NCBI GenBank assembly: GCA_943357245.1
Contig: CALRGH010000001.1
Location: forward strand, 13,456 to 77,455
Length of the DNA: 64,000 nt
From: Candidatus Nomurabacteria bacterium
GTDB lineage: Bacteria > Patescibacteriota > Minisyncoccia > Phycocordibacterales > UBA9973
Reading direction: 5' to 3'
Shown here: positions 1 to 8,226 of the stretch, in pieces
How the letters are laid out: the number at the start of each line of letters is the position of its first letter
How positions within the stretch are numbered: the stretch's first letter is position 1
Notes under the pieces: generated by a model
The model's input: only the letters and a program-made list of their open reading frames with translations
What the model was told of the DNA's origin: nothing
The model's database searches: none
Program-made: the position numbers and the translations under genes

Positions 1-409
1 ACGGATACATCGGCAAATCTTTATACGATTGTATGTATTGTTTCAACATGTTCGCATACGCTTCTTCATTCGTAAATGACAAGCCAATCTCTCCGCCATT
101 TTTTAATGCTGTTTTAAACCATACATCGACAACCTCGTCATCCCATCGATTTGATTTCTCCCATACTTCTTTATTTTGAAATGCCGTGGTTCTCATTTCC
201 ACACCACCAATCTGATTCATTTCTTCTCTGATGATAGTTTCTATCTTGTTTATCACCCGAAGTCCGAGTGGCAAAAACGAGTACACGCCGGCCATTTCTT
301 TATGAATAAAACCTCCTTTTATAAGGAGTTCTGCGTTCTTGGATATCTCGTCCGCAGGGCTTTCTTTTTGGGTCTTGGTGAACAATTGAGATTGCTTCAT
401 GTCCTTCAT
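1..409 (-). CDS. proS: prolyl-tRNA synthetase, N-terminal fragment (gene runs off the window start)
   Basis: Minus-strand frame absent from the ORF track because it has no stop inside the window. Translation from the ATG at 407-409 reads MKDMKQSQLFTKTQKESPADEISKNAELLIKGGFIHKEMAGVYSFLPLGLRVINKIETIIREEMN. This is collinear with the class II ProRS N-terminus ([45 protein letters not shown]). Confidence 0.8.
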   Translation of the reverse strand, partial: MKDMKQSQLFTKTQKESPADEISKNAELLIKGGFIHKEMAGVYSFLPLGLRVINKIETIIREEMNQIGGVEMRTTAFQNKEVWEKSNRWDDEVVDVWFKTALKNGGEIGLSFTNEEAYANMLKQYIQSYKDLPMYP

Positions 410-469
410 ACTACTCTAAAAATGCTAATAAAAAAAGCCCTCCCTGTTTAGGAAAGGCTTCAATAAAAA

Positions 470-979
470 TCATTCAGCGGCGGGAATAAGTGTAATAAGA
501 GATTCAATGTATTTTAGGTAGATAGTTATTATTTCTTCCCATGTACCATGAGCCCCCATTTCAGGAATTTCCCCATAAAAAGCTTTTTCATTTTTATGCT
601 TATCAATTGGCATTATAAAAATAAGAGCTTTATCTTTCACAGATAAATTCATATACCCAAAACAATCTGGTGACTTCTCGTTTCCAAAAAATGAATCAAC
701 GGTTATTGGGAAACGAACATATAATAAATCATCTGTTTTTATCCTGTGTCCAACATGAACCTCTTCCATTTCTCTTGGTATTGGATCGTGCTGTATTTGT
801 AGTCGTAATATTTCAAAATGTTGCATCCTTTTTGCTGTTGCTCTTATAAACAAAAGAAACGGCCGTTCGATTATTTTTACCCAATTTTCAAGGTTTTGCT
901 TATTTTTTGCATCTTCTACCAATTCATCAAGTAACGGCTGAGGCGGTTGTGGGATTGTTGGAAATTTTTGTAGTTTCAT
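470..979 (-). CDS. hypothetical protein (169 aa), no recognisable motif
   Basis: Clean ATG-initiated ORF that is divergent from rpsB and overlaps no better frame. Codon usage resembles its neighbours. Confidence 0.45.
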   Translation of the reverse strand: MKLQKFPTIPQPPQPLLDELVEDAKNKQNLENWVKIIERPFLLFIRATAKRMQHFEILRLQIQHDPIPREMEEVHVGHRIKTDDLLYVRFPITVDSFFGNEKSPDCFGYMNLSVKDKALIFIMPIDKHKNEKAFYGEIPEMGAHGTWEEIITIYLKYIESLITLIPAAE

Positions 980-1123
980 AACTATTAAGTTTTTGATTTT
1001 TGTAAATAGTGCTTTATTTTACCTGTTTTGTCAATCCTTCCCATTTCCCCTATTTTCTGCTATATTTTGACTGTTCCGTGAAGGGGCTTTTTTAATCTAA
1101 ACGAGAGGAAAAGCACCTTTTAT

Positions 1124-1155
1124 CCGGAGGGTTTGGCGTAAGCCAAACCCTCCGG
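1124..1155. repeat. perfect 14-bp-stem hairpin CCGGAGGGTTTGGC-GTAA-GCCAAACCCTCCGG (member of the TTTGGC/GCCAAA palindrome family)
   Basis: Read directly. It shares the 10-bp core AGGGTTTGGC/GCCAAACCCT with the hairpin at 27865-27906. Confidence 0.8.
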
Positions 1156-1307
1156 ATGGGCTGGAATGCCCTACCAACGGATTAAAACAGTGTTTAGTGG
1201 CTAGCTTTTAGCTTCTAGACAAACAAGCCTAGACGAGTACGGAGTGGCACTAAAAGCTAACCCCTAAAAACTAGAAGCTTGTCTTACTAATCTAATCACA
1301 TATTTAC

Positions 1308-1976
1308 ATGTCTACACACATTGAACCTATGTTTGAGGCAGGCGCACACTTGGGCTATACCAAGACTCGCCGCCATCCTAGTGTTGCGAAACACATCTTT
1401 ACGACCAAGAATAAAGTCGACATTATTGACCTTGATAAGACAAACGACCAGCTCGAAAAGGCTTGTGCGTTTTTGAAGGAATTGGCAACAGCCGGCAAAG
1501 CCGTGCTTTTTGTTGGTACCAAGCCTGAAGCGCGCAACCAAGTTCGCGATGCAGCTATGGCACTCGCACAACCTTACGTTGCAGAACGATGGGTTGGCGG
1601 TCTTTTGACCAATGGTCCGGAAATCAAGAAGCGCGTATCAAAGCTCGAAGACTATCGATCAAAGAAAGAAAAGAATGAATTCGATATGTACACCAAGAAA
1701 GAACGTCTCCTCATCGACAAAGAAATGGAAGACATGGAGCGGAATTTCTCTGGTATCGTTTCAATGAAGAAGCCGCCAGCAGCAATGCTTGTTATTGATC
1801 CTCGCAAAGAACACATCGCCGTTACTGAAGCACACAAGATGCACATTCCGGTTATTGCCCTCGGCAACACCGACTGCGATATGAGTACTATCGAATACCC
1901 TATCGTTGGTAACGATGGCGCACAGAAAAGCATTGCGTTTTTCTTGTCAGCGTTCAAAGATGCGTTCTCAATTTAA
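1308..1976 (+). CDS. rpsB: 30S ribosomal protein S2
   Basis: EAGAHLGYTKTRRHPSVAKHIFTTKNKVDIIDLDKT... and VLFVGTKPEA...AERWVGGLLTN are hallmark S2 segments. The conserved rpsB-tsf gene order is present. Confidence 0.93.
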   Translation: MSTHIEPMFEAGAHLGYTKTRRHPSVAKHIFTTKNKVDIIDLDKTNDQLEKACAFLKELATAGKAVLFVGTKPEARNQVRDAAMALAQPYVAERWVGGLLTNGPEIKKRVSKLEDYRSKKEKNEFDMYTKKERLLIDKEMEDMERNFSGIVSMKKPPAAMLVIDPRKEHIAVTEAHKMHIPVIALGNTDCDMSTIEYPIVGNDGAQKSIAFFLSAFKDAFSI

Positions 1977-2007
1977 TATTAGAAACTTTTAATTAAATCT
2001 GTTCATT

Positions 2008-2787
2008 ATGTCAACAATATCAATCGATCAAGTTAAAGAGCTCCGCGACCAAACTGGCGTTTCTATTATGCAATGCCGAAAAGCCCTCGAAGAAGCCGGC
2101 GGCGACATGGAAAAAGCAACGATCATCTTGAAAAAGAAATCAGGCGACATCGCAGCAAAGAAATCAGACCGCAGCGCACAAGACGGCATCATTGCGTTCA
2201 AACAAGCAGAAGGCAAAGCAGTAGCCGTAGTGCTTAACTGCGAAACAGACTTCGTTGCAAAGAATGATGAATTTATCGCGCTTGCAAATAAGATTGCGGA
2301 TATCGCGCTCGCAAGTGGCGAACAAGCAGCTCGCGACCAAGCAGTAACGTCTGTCAGTGAGCTCGTACAGAAGATTGGTGAAAATATCCAACTCGGCACT
2401 ATTACGATTGTCGAAGGTCCAGTTGTTGGTGGCTACATCCACAATCAGAAAGCAGGTGCGATTGTTGCCCTCTCTGCGGGAACTCCGGAACTTGCAAAAG
2501 ATGTCGCGATGCACGGCTCAGCAATGAAGCCTGCATTCGTCACAGGTGCTGATGTCCCCGCAGATGCTCGTGCAAAAGCGGAAGAACTCTTTAAAGAAGA
2601 AGTTGCTGCGTCCGGCAAGCCTGCGGATATTCAAGCAAAGATGCTCGAAGGAAAATTGAACACCTATTTCAAAGAACAAACACTCGTTGACCAGATGTTC
2701 ATCAAAGATCCAAGTCTCACGATTGATGCATATCTAAAGAAAAATGGAGCGTCCCTTGTTGCATACAAACCACTCAGTCTTATCTAA
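2008..2787 (+). CDS. tsf: elongation factor Ts
   Basis: The N-terminal UBA-like segment IDQVKELRDQTGVSIMQCRKALEEAGGDMEKA is typical of EF-Ts. The gene lies immediately downstream of rpsB. Confidence 0.92.
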   Translation: MSTISIDQVKELRDQTGVSIMQCRKALEEAGGDMEKATIILKKKSGDIAAKKSDRSAQDGIIAFKQAEGKAVAVVLNCETDFVAKNDEFIALANKIADIALASGEQAARDQAVTSVSELVQKIGENIQLGTITIVEGPVVGGYIHNQKAGAIVALSAGTPELAKDVAMHGSAMKPAFVTGADVPADARAKAEELFKEEVAASGKPADIQAKMLEGKLNTYFKEQTLVDQMFIKDPSLTIDAYLKKNGASLVAYKPLSLI

Positions 2788-2815
2788 ACCCGCCTTTTTG
2801 TTGTAAACTAATCTT

Positions 2816-3232
2816 ATGTACATACTCATTATCATCTTTGTCGCCCTCCTCTTGGGTAACATCATATTCATCCTCTACAAGACGACACAGGTGCGCGAAT
2901 ATCGTGCGCACGTGTTGCGCCATGAGGATTATGGCGACAAAGATCATTGGGTGTTGCATCAAGCGCGCACCATGACAAAACATGGTCACGTAATCATCAA
3001 ACATCATGCAAGCAAGTTTGTTATCTTTTTGGCAAAAAAATGGATAGCACTTGTCCATAAAGTAAACAAATATATTCGCAATAGATATCCTGAAATTGCC
3101 TATTTGATTGGTGATAAGGCACATATCAAACAGTCGAAGGATGTGGAGGCGTCGGCGTTTATGGAATCGATGAAAAACAGCAAACAAGACGCCGGGGCGC
3201 ACCGCATCGACGATACGCTGGACATCAAGTAG
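2816..3232 (+). CDS. hypothetical small membrane protein (138 aa, N-terminal TM helix, His-rich)
   Basis: Plus-strand ORF co-oriented with rpsB-tsf. It has an N-terminal hydrophobic helix ILIIIFVALLLGNIIFILY. The competing minus-strand ORF 2780-3406 has a low-complexity, junk-like translation and runs into the tRNA-upstream repeat. Confidence 0.45.
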   Translation: MYILIIIFVALLLGNIIFILYKTTQVREYRAHVLRHEDYGDKDHWVLHQARTMTKHGHVIIKHHASKFVIFLAKKWIALVHKVNKYIRNRYPEIAYLIGDKAHIKQSKDVEASAFMESMKNSKQDAGAHRIDDTLDIK

Positions 3233-3299
3233 ATTTTTGGTATAGTAGGGAGACCTTAGGGTGACTTTAAGAAGCCTTAGTGGTGAAATATCGTGTTCA

Positions 3300-3427
3300 G
3301 AAATTTTTTCACGCTTCGCGTAAAAAAACTTTCTGAACCGAATTTTGTGGGTCAAAATTATGGCCGGAAATTTTTTCACGCTTCGCGTAAAAAAACTTTC
3401 CGACACGATTTTTGTGGGTCAAAAATC
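3300..3427 (+). repeat. tandem direct duplication (67 + 61 bp) immediately upstream of tRNA-Thr; each copy contains the palindrome ACGCTTCGCGT
   Basis: GAAATTTTTTCACGCTTCGCGTAAAAAAACTTTC(T/C)GA(AC/CA)CGA(A)TTTTGTGGGTCAAAA is read twice in tandem. The second copy abuts the tRNA 5-prime end and is likely a duplicated promoter/leader. Confidence 0.8.
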
Positions 3428-3500
3428 GCCGCCTTAGCTCAGTTGGTAGAGCTACACTTTTGTAAAGTGAGGGTCCCCAGTTCGAGTCTGGGAGGCGGCT
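3428..3500 (+). tRNA. tRNA-Thr (anticodon TGT)
   Basis: 73-nt cloverleaf folded by hand, with no CCA encoded. Acceptor stem GCCGCCT/AGGCGGC. D-arm GCTC-AGTTGGTA-GAGC. Anticodon stem ACACT/AGTGA with loop TTTGTAA (U33, anticodon TGT, A37). 5-nt variable loop. T-arm CCCAG-TTCGAGT-CTGGG. Discriminator T. Confidence 0.88.
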
Positions 3501-3512
3501 CCCGAAACATAC

Positions 3513-3540
3513 AAAAGCCCCATTTAGGGGCTTTTGTGTT
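3513..3540. terminator. bidirectional rho-independent terminator AAAAGCCCC-ATTT-AGGGGCTTTT plus T-run
   Basis: Perfect 9-bp GC-containing stem flanked by an A-run and a T-run. It sits between the tRNA-Thr 3-prime end and the stop of minus-strand gene 3558-4262. Confidence 0.8.
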
Positions 3541-3557
3541 TAATCTATATGAATTAT

Positions 3558-4262
3558 TTACGGTAGTATCATGAAATAGTCGTCACTATTATCAGATGAA
3601 TCAAATGTTTCACTCATGCCTCCCTCTAAATAAAATTTATATTTTATATTAGAATTTCCAACATATGTTGGTTGAACAAGAACACTTTGACCATTTATAA
3701 ACTCATACGCATCACTTTGCATATTGCCACTTGAAGGAATTTTAACATCAAAACTACCATTATAACCATTACCAACATGTTGCTCTTGATAGTTTGATAG
3801 GTAATTATTATTGGAATTATTGTAAGAAAGATTTATTTTAATCCCATTCGGTCCGCCAGATGTAATATTCGAAGGATAATTGCCTTGCAAATCATACCTC
3901 TCAATTGCTATCCCTTCAAAATTTTGCAGCGGCATCGAAGCACATGATTTAAATTGAACGTGAATTGTATCTCCAAGATGATACGATTCTCCTCCGTTTG
4001 GTGAAGTTATTTGAAGTAATTTTTTGAAATTTGTTGAACAATTAAAAGACGTTGTTGCAGATGATTGAGGTTGTTGAGTTGCTGGAGGAGTTTGAGCGAA
4101 AGAATTATTATTTGTAGTTGGCGGAGTATAATTTAAATTATCTACTACTTCATTTTTCGGAGTAGAACTTTTTCCCGCAAAGTACACTACTCCGCCGACC
4201 GTCAAAACTCCGAGTATACTTAGTAAAACCACAAGTGCTACGAAACCTTTATTGTATTTCAT
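3558..4262 (-). CDS. hypothetical secreted/anchored protein, N-terminal TM anchor, N/S/G/Y/T-rich low-complexity ectodomain
   Basis: MKYNKGFVALVVLLSILGVLTVGGVVYFAG gives a signal-anchor. The remainder is low-complexity (TPPTTNNNSFAQTPPATQQPQSS, NNSNNNYLSNYQ). Confidence 0.6.
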   Translation of the reverse strand: MKYNKGFVALVVLLSILGVLTVGGVVYFAGKSSTPKNEVVDNLNYTPPTTNNNSFAQTPPATQQPQSSATTSFNCSTNFKKLLQITSPNGGESYHLGDTIHVQFKSCASMPLQNFEGIAIERYDLQGNYPSNITSGGPNGIKINLSYNNSNNNYLSNYQEQHVGNGYNGSFDVKIPSSGNMQSDAYEFINGQSVLVQPTYVGNSNIKYKFYLEGGMSETFDSSDNSDDYFMILP

Positions 4263-4343
4263 GATAGTTAAATTCTAACTTATTTACATTCAATTTACTA
4301 ACCAATAAAAACTCCTCGCTATCATTTCTAAAGATTAGGTCTT

Positions 4344-5024
4344 CTATTGAGTTTTTGTTGTTGTTTTCACCGCAGCTTCTTGTTTTGCTTTTTCTTTTGC
4401 AAGTTCAGGAAGTAGTTTTGTGAAATCTTCTAAACTCTGAAATCCTTCATAAGTTACGCCAGAAAAGACGATTGTCGGAGTGGTATCCACTCGAAACATT
4501 TGCTTGAGTGTACGTACAATAGGTGAATCCAAACTTACATCAAACGTATACACTCTGAGATTCGGAAATTTTTCTACCAAACCAGAAAGCGCATACGATT
4601 GCTTTGTACAATCATCACATTCTTCGTTGTTATAAAAATACAATATCGGTTGCAAAATATGCTTACACTTTTTGGAAAGTTCTTGAATCAATAAATATTC
4701 TTTTGATTCAAGTAATGTGTAATACTTTTTAAGCTGAATAACATCATTATTTTCAGAACCTAACTGATTTTCCATATAAGCCACTCGTTCACCAAGAGTA
4801 CCAAGCTCCTGTGAAAGAAGTGTTTCTGCACTGACGGAGTCACAAGAAGATTCTTTGAGGAGCGCAAACCGTGCTTCTGTAGAGAGAAGGTCAAGTGAAA
4901 GCGAATCTTGCAATAAGCGTAGATTTTCTACTTTTCTCACATTCAGAAAAGAACTCAAAATAAAAGCACTTATAAAAAGGACTGCAGTAATACCAAAGAC
5001 AAGAATATATTTTCCAAATTTCAT
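4344..5024 (-). CDS. membrane-anchored thioredoxin-fold protein (CxxC motif CDDC and cis-Pro TPT loop)
   Basis: N-terminal TM helix and a coiled segment. The C-terminal domain has ...FYNNEECDDCTKQ... and ...VDTTPTIVF..., the classic Trx/DsbA-like CxxC plus cis-proline arrangement. Confidence 0.55.
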   Translation of the reverse strand: MKFGKYILVFGITAVLFISAFILSSFLNVRKVENLRLLQDSLSLDLLSTEARFALLKESSCDSVSAETLLSQELGTLGERVAYMENQLGSENNDVIQLKKYYTLLESKEYLLIQELSKKCKHILQPILYFYNNEECDDCTKQSYALSGLVEKFPNLRVYTFDVSLDSPIVRTLKQMFRVDTTPTIVFSGVTYEGFQSLEDFTKLLPELAKEKAKQEAAVKTTTKTQ

Positions 5025-5046
5025 AAAATAATAAATTATCGGATAA

Positions 5047-6279
5047 TTAACGCCACGCCATCTGACGGGAGAACGCCACCTTATAAATCGCCTTCATGAT
5101 CCAGAATGGACTTACAACACTGTACACTACCACAAAGAGGATAAAGTTGTAAGAAAGGGGAAGTCGTTTTTCAACCATATAATAGCCAATCCCAATAGAA
5201 CAGAAGACAAGTGCGTATGCAAAAACAATGAGGAATATCGTTGGTGATCCGAAATAAAACAAATCAAAGTTCGGCGTAAAATACGTCGGGTGAAATCCTC
5301 CGAAATGAACCCGTGCGACAGCTTTAGTAATATACGAAATGATATTGTATATCGAGAAAAAGAATACGCCAATGACCGCAACAATAGAAATTATACTGGT
5401 CGGAAGTGTAAACCAAGAAAAATTTCCATGACTACCGAAAAGCATTTTTCGATAGTCAATAAGATTATTCAAAAACGCATAAATCCATCGTGTGCGCTGA
5501 CGAAAGAGCGTGCGGACGGTACGCGGAGGAATTGTGTACACGACGGCATCATGCACCTGATCGATCTTCATACGTGCCGCGTGCATACGAAATGCCATCT
5601 CCATATCTTCTCCTTGGTGACCGGGACGGAAATTGCCGATTTTTGCAAACACCTCACTGCGATAGAGCGGTAGCGTGCCAGGAGTAACATGAAGTCCATT
5701 AAGAATACTTAATATTTTTTTGAAAAAGACTGCCATTGTGTATTCTACTTTTTGTGCACGTTGAATCAGTGTCTCAGGATGTTCAAGTATCGCTGCCGGA
5801 ATGACTGCCATCACGGCAGGGTCAGTAAATCGCGGAAGCATTTTTTGAAATACATCCGGTTCGACACGTGAGTCAGCATCAAGACAAGCGACATACTCAC
5901 CTTTTATTTTTGTTAATCCAAGATTAAGTGCAGAAAATTTACCACCGTTTTCTTTGGTAAAAGCACAAATAGACGGATGCGTAATGTATTTTTGAACAAT
6001 CGCCCACGTACCATCAGTCGAACCATCATCGACAATGCAGATATCAAGTTTATCTTTTGGATAATCGAGTGCAAGCAGAGAAAGGATTGTCTTTTCGATA
6101 CCCTTCTCTTCATTCCAACATGGAATAATAATGCTTATAAGTGGAAAATGCGCGAGCCGCACAAGTATGTTTTTTACTATGATTGATTTGCGTTTCTCAA
6201 TAAACGTAAGGAGAAAGAAAATCTGAACATACATCGCAAGAAATATGACGACGTATATAAATATAAGTCCAGCTGACAT
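5047..6279 (-). CDS. processive family-2 glycosyltransferase (PgaC/IcaA/NodC/cellulose-synthase-like)
   Basis: GT-A core PCWNEE...DDGSTDGT...LDADSRV, then GEDMEM and the QRTRW motif, followed by multiple C-terminal TM helices. This is the signature of processive beta-glycan synthases. Confidence 0.85.
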   Translation of the reverse strand: MSAGLIFIYVVIFLAMYVQIFFLLTFIEKRKSIIVKNILVRLAHFPLISIIIPCWNEEKGIEKTILSLLALDYPKDKLDICIVDDGSTDGTWAIVQKYITHPSICAFTKENGGKFSALNLGLTKIKGEYVACLDADSRVEPDVFQKMLPRFTDPAVMAVIPAAILEHPETLIQRAQKVEYTMAVFFKKILSILNGLHVTPGTLPLYRSEVFAKIGNFRPGHQGEDMEMAFRMHAARMKIDQVHDAVVYTIPPRTVRTLFRQRTRWIYAFLNNLIDYRKMLFGSHGNFSWFTLPTSIISIVAVIGVFFFSIYNIISYITKAVARVHFGGFHPTYFTPNFDLFYFGSPTIFLIVFAYALVFCSIGIGYYMVEKRLPLSYNFILFVVVYSVVSPFWIMKAIYKVAFSRQMAWR

Positions 6280-6611
6280 CTCTTAATTATAGCAGAAATT
6301 GGCGGATTTGCAACCCTAACTACCAAAATAGGAATAGTATTTTTGTGTCATCCCAGGACTGTCTGTTTTGAGACAGAACCAGGGATCCAGACTTTTGTGT
6401 TCATCTCCCCCTTATCATAGGGGGAGTGGCGAGTCATCGAGGCGAGGGGGTTAGCAATCTCCCACCCCTCCACCTCACAAAGACTCGGTACCTTTCCTTA
6501 CAGGAACAGTACACCTTTTGGCTCCCCTAGACTCGAGCTCAAAAGGTTCTGAAGTTGGGTCCCAGCCCAACTTCAGCCTCAGGTAGGAGAGGAAAAAGCA
6601 AAAGACATTAA

Positions 6612-6640
6612 TTCGCATATTTGCATGTTGTGATATAATG
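6612..6640 (+). promoter_or_regulatory. putative sigma-70 promoter with extended -10 (TTCGCA-16 nt-TGaTATAAT) for the dsbA-like gene
   Basis: TGATATAAT at 6631-6639 is a textbook extended -10. A weak -35 TTCGCA lies 16 nt upstream, about 30 nt before the ATG at 6669. Confidence 0.5.
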
Positions 6641-6668
6641 AACAGACTTATTAAATAATAAAAATTCC

Positions 6669-7421
6669 ATGGAACACGAATCAACAAAAGATACGAAATT
6701 ATCAACACCGCAAGCAATTCTTATTGGCGCTGTCATTGTCGCAGCAGCAATTTTTCTTGTAAAAATGCCCGCACGACCAGCAACAACAAATACAGATCCA
6801 ACGACAACTGATACCACTAAAGGCCCAACTGCTGACAAGTACGCAAATATGATTTTGGCGACAAAAGCAAAAATCACCGTTCCAGAGGTTACGGCAACTG
6901 ATCACGTTCGTGGCGCATCAAATCCAAAAGTAACGATTATCGAATATTCTGATACTGAATGTCCATTCTGCCGAGTCTTCCATACAACCATGCAATCGGT
7001 CATGACAAAATACGATGGTAAGATCGCGTGGGTCTACCGCCACTACCCTATCGAAAGTCTGCACAAAAAAGCAATCAACGAATCCGCGGCAACAGAATGC
7101 GTTGCAAAGCTTGGTGGCGAAACAGCATTTTGGAATTATATTGATTTGCTCTATAAGACAACGCCATCAAATGATGGATTGGATGCTGCAAAATTGCCTG
7201 AAATGGCAAAAGCGGTCGGCGTCGATGTTGCAAAATTCAACACATGCTTGAGTGCAAAAGAAACACTTCCTACTATTACAAAGGCAATCTCTGATGCACA
7301 AGCGATCGGCATCAGCGGCACCCCACACAGCTTCATGCTCGTTGGTAATGACATGTACAAGATAGAAGGCGCAATGCCAATTGCATCCCTCACTGCGGCG
7401 ATTGACCAGATATTGAAGTAA
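6669..7421 (+). CDS. DsbA-family thiol:disulfide oxidoreductase (secreted/anchored)
   Basis: N-terminal hydrophobic anchor. The CPFC active site (TECPFCRVFH) and the GTPHSFMLVG cis-Pro loop are typical of DsbA/BdbD. Confidence 0.85.
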   Translation: MEHESTKDTKLSTPQAILIGAVIVAAAIFLVKMPARPATTNTDPTTTDTTKGPTADKYANMILATKAKITVPEVTATDHVRGASNPKVTIIEYSDTECPFCRVFHTTMQSVMTKYDGKIAWVYRHYPIESLHKKAINESAATECVAKLGGETAFWNYIDLLYKTTPSNDGLDAAKLPEMAKAVGVDVAKFNTCLSAKETLPTITKAISDAQAIGISGTPHSFMLVGNDMYKIEGAMPIASLTAAIDQILK

Positions 7422-8195
7422 ATGGAAAATAATATTCCCCAAAAAATAAATTGGAAATCCTTAGCGACAGTTATAGGATTAGCTCTCGTACAAATATTTC
7501 TGCTTTTTTTGGGTTTCGTAGGTATATTCGTGAACGGATTGGACACATATGTTCCTTCAATGACATACGGAGGGTTTGCTTTTATTTTTTTCGCCTTGAT
7601 ACTACCCTTTTCTGCGTGGAAGGATATGAAGCGTTCAAAATCTCTATGGATGTTAAGTTTAAATTTCTTGATTGGTATAGGATTTATTCTATTTTTCTTT
7701 GCCGGACCAATCGTGTTACGTGAAATACGGTTATACAAGCTGAACAAAATAAACCTCCCCGAACAATCAGATTCGTCCATGCAATCACCAAATAATCTAG
7801 CATTAAAAACGGTAATCCTCGATGCAAAAACTGCATACGAAAAAATAGTTTCTGAAAGAGAAGACGTAACAATCACTGGTATAAATAATCAAATTCTCTC
7901 AACTGATAAAGATTTTTCTATTGCACTAACAGTATTCATTCCTCCAAATGAAACATTAGGACCTTCATATACTCCTAAGTTTATAGATTACTTAAATAAA
8001 AATATTATTGGACATCAATTTACTGTTATTGTGCCTGCTTTTGACACTAAGATGGACGATCAGGACGGTAATACTTATACTGAGTATGCTCTGTATAATT
8101 CCAATTATGGAACTCCTCACTGGGTATGCCAATGTGACTTATTGGTAAATAAAAAATCATTTGTCTCAGAGTTAGGAAAATCCATTCCCTACTAA
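7422..8195 (+). CDS. hypothetical polytopic membrane protein (about 4 TM helices, C-terminal soluble domain)
   Basis: Start is translationally coupled to the dsbA-like stop (TAAATG). It has four hydrophobic helices. The competing minus-strand ORF 7151-7876 overlaps the confident dsbA-like gene and is rejected. Confidence 0.5.
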   Translation: MENNIPQKINWKSLATVIGLALVQIFLLFLGFVGIFVNGLDTYVPSMTYGGFAFIFFALILPFSAWKDMKRSKSLWMLSLNFLIGIGFILFFFAGPIVLREIRLYKLNKINLPEQSDSSMQSPNNLALKTVILDAKTAYEKIVSEREDVTITGINNQILSTDKDFSIALTVFIPPNETLGPSYTPKFIDYLNKNIIGHQFTVIVPAFDTKMDDQDGNTYTEYALYNSNYGTPHWVCQCDLLVNKKSFVSELGKSIPY

Positions 8196-8226
8196 CACAA
8201 AACCCGCCGTACGGCGGGTTTTGTTA

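Noticed and set aside
2780-3406. 208-aa minus-strand ORF starting with GTG
   Set aside because: It runs through the tRNA-upstream tandem repeat and antisense to a cleaner plus-strand ORF. Its composition is atypical, so it is considered spurious.
3293-3574. 93-aa plus-strand ORF
   Set aside because: It spans the tandem repeat, the whole tRNA-Thr gene and the terminator, so it cannot be coding.
6355-6392. Weak resemblance of ACAGAACCAGGGAT to the RNase P RNA P4 strand ACAGAACCCGGCTTA
   Set aside because: No matching 5-prime P4 strand (AGGAAAGTCCGGGCTCC) or other conserved RNase P helices nearby. A full-length RNase P RNA would have to overlap the GT2 coding sequence.
7151-7876. 241-aa minus-strand ORF
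   Set aside because: It overlaps the confidently assigned DsbA-like gene and the co-oriented membrane gene on the opposite strand. Its translation is low-complexity with no motif, so it is treated as a shadow ORF.
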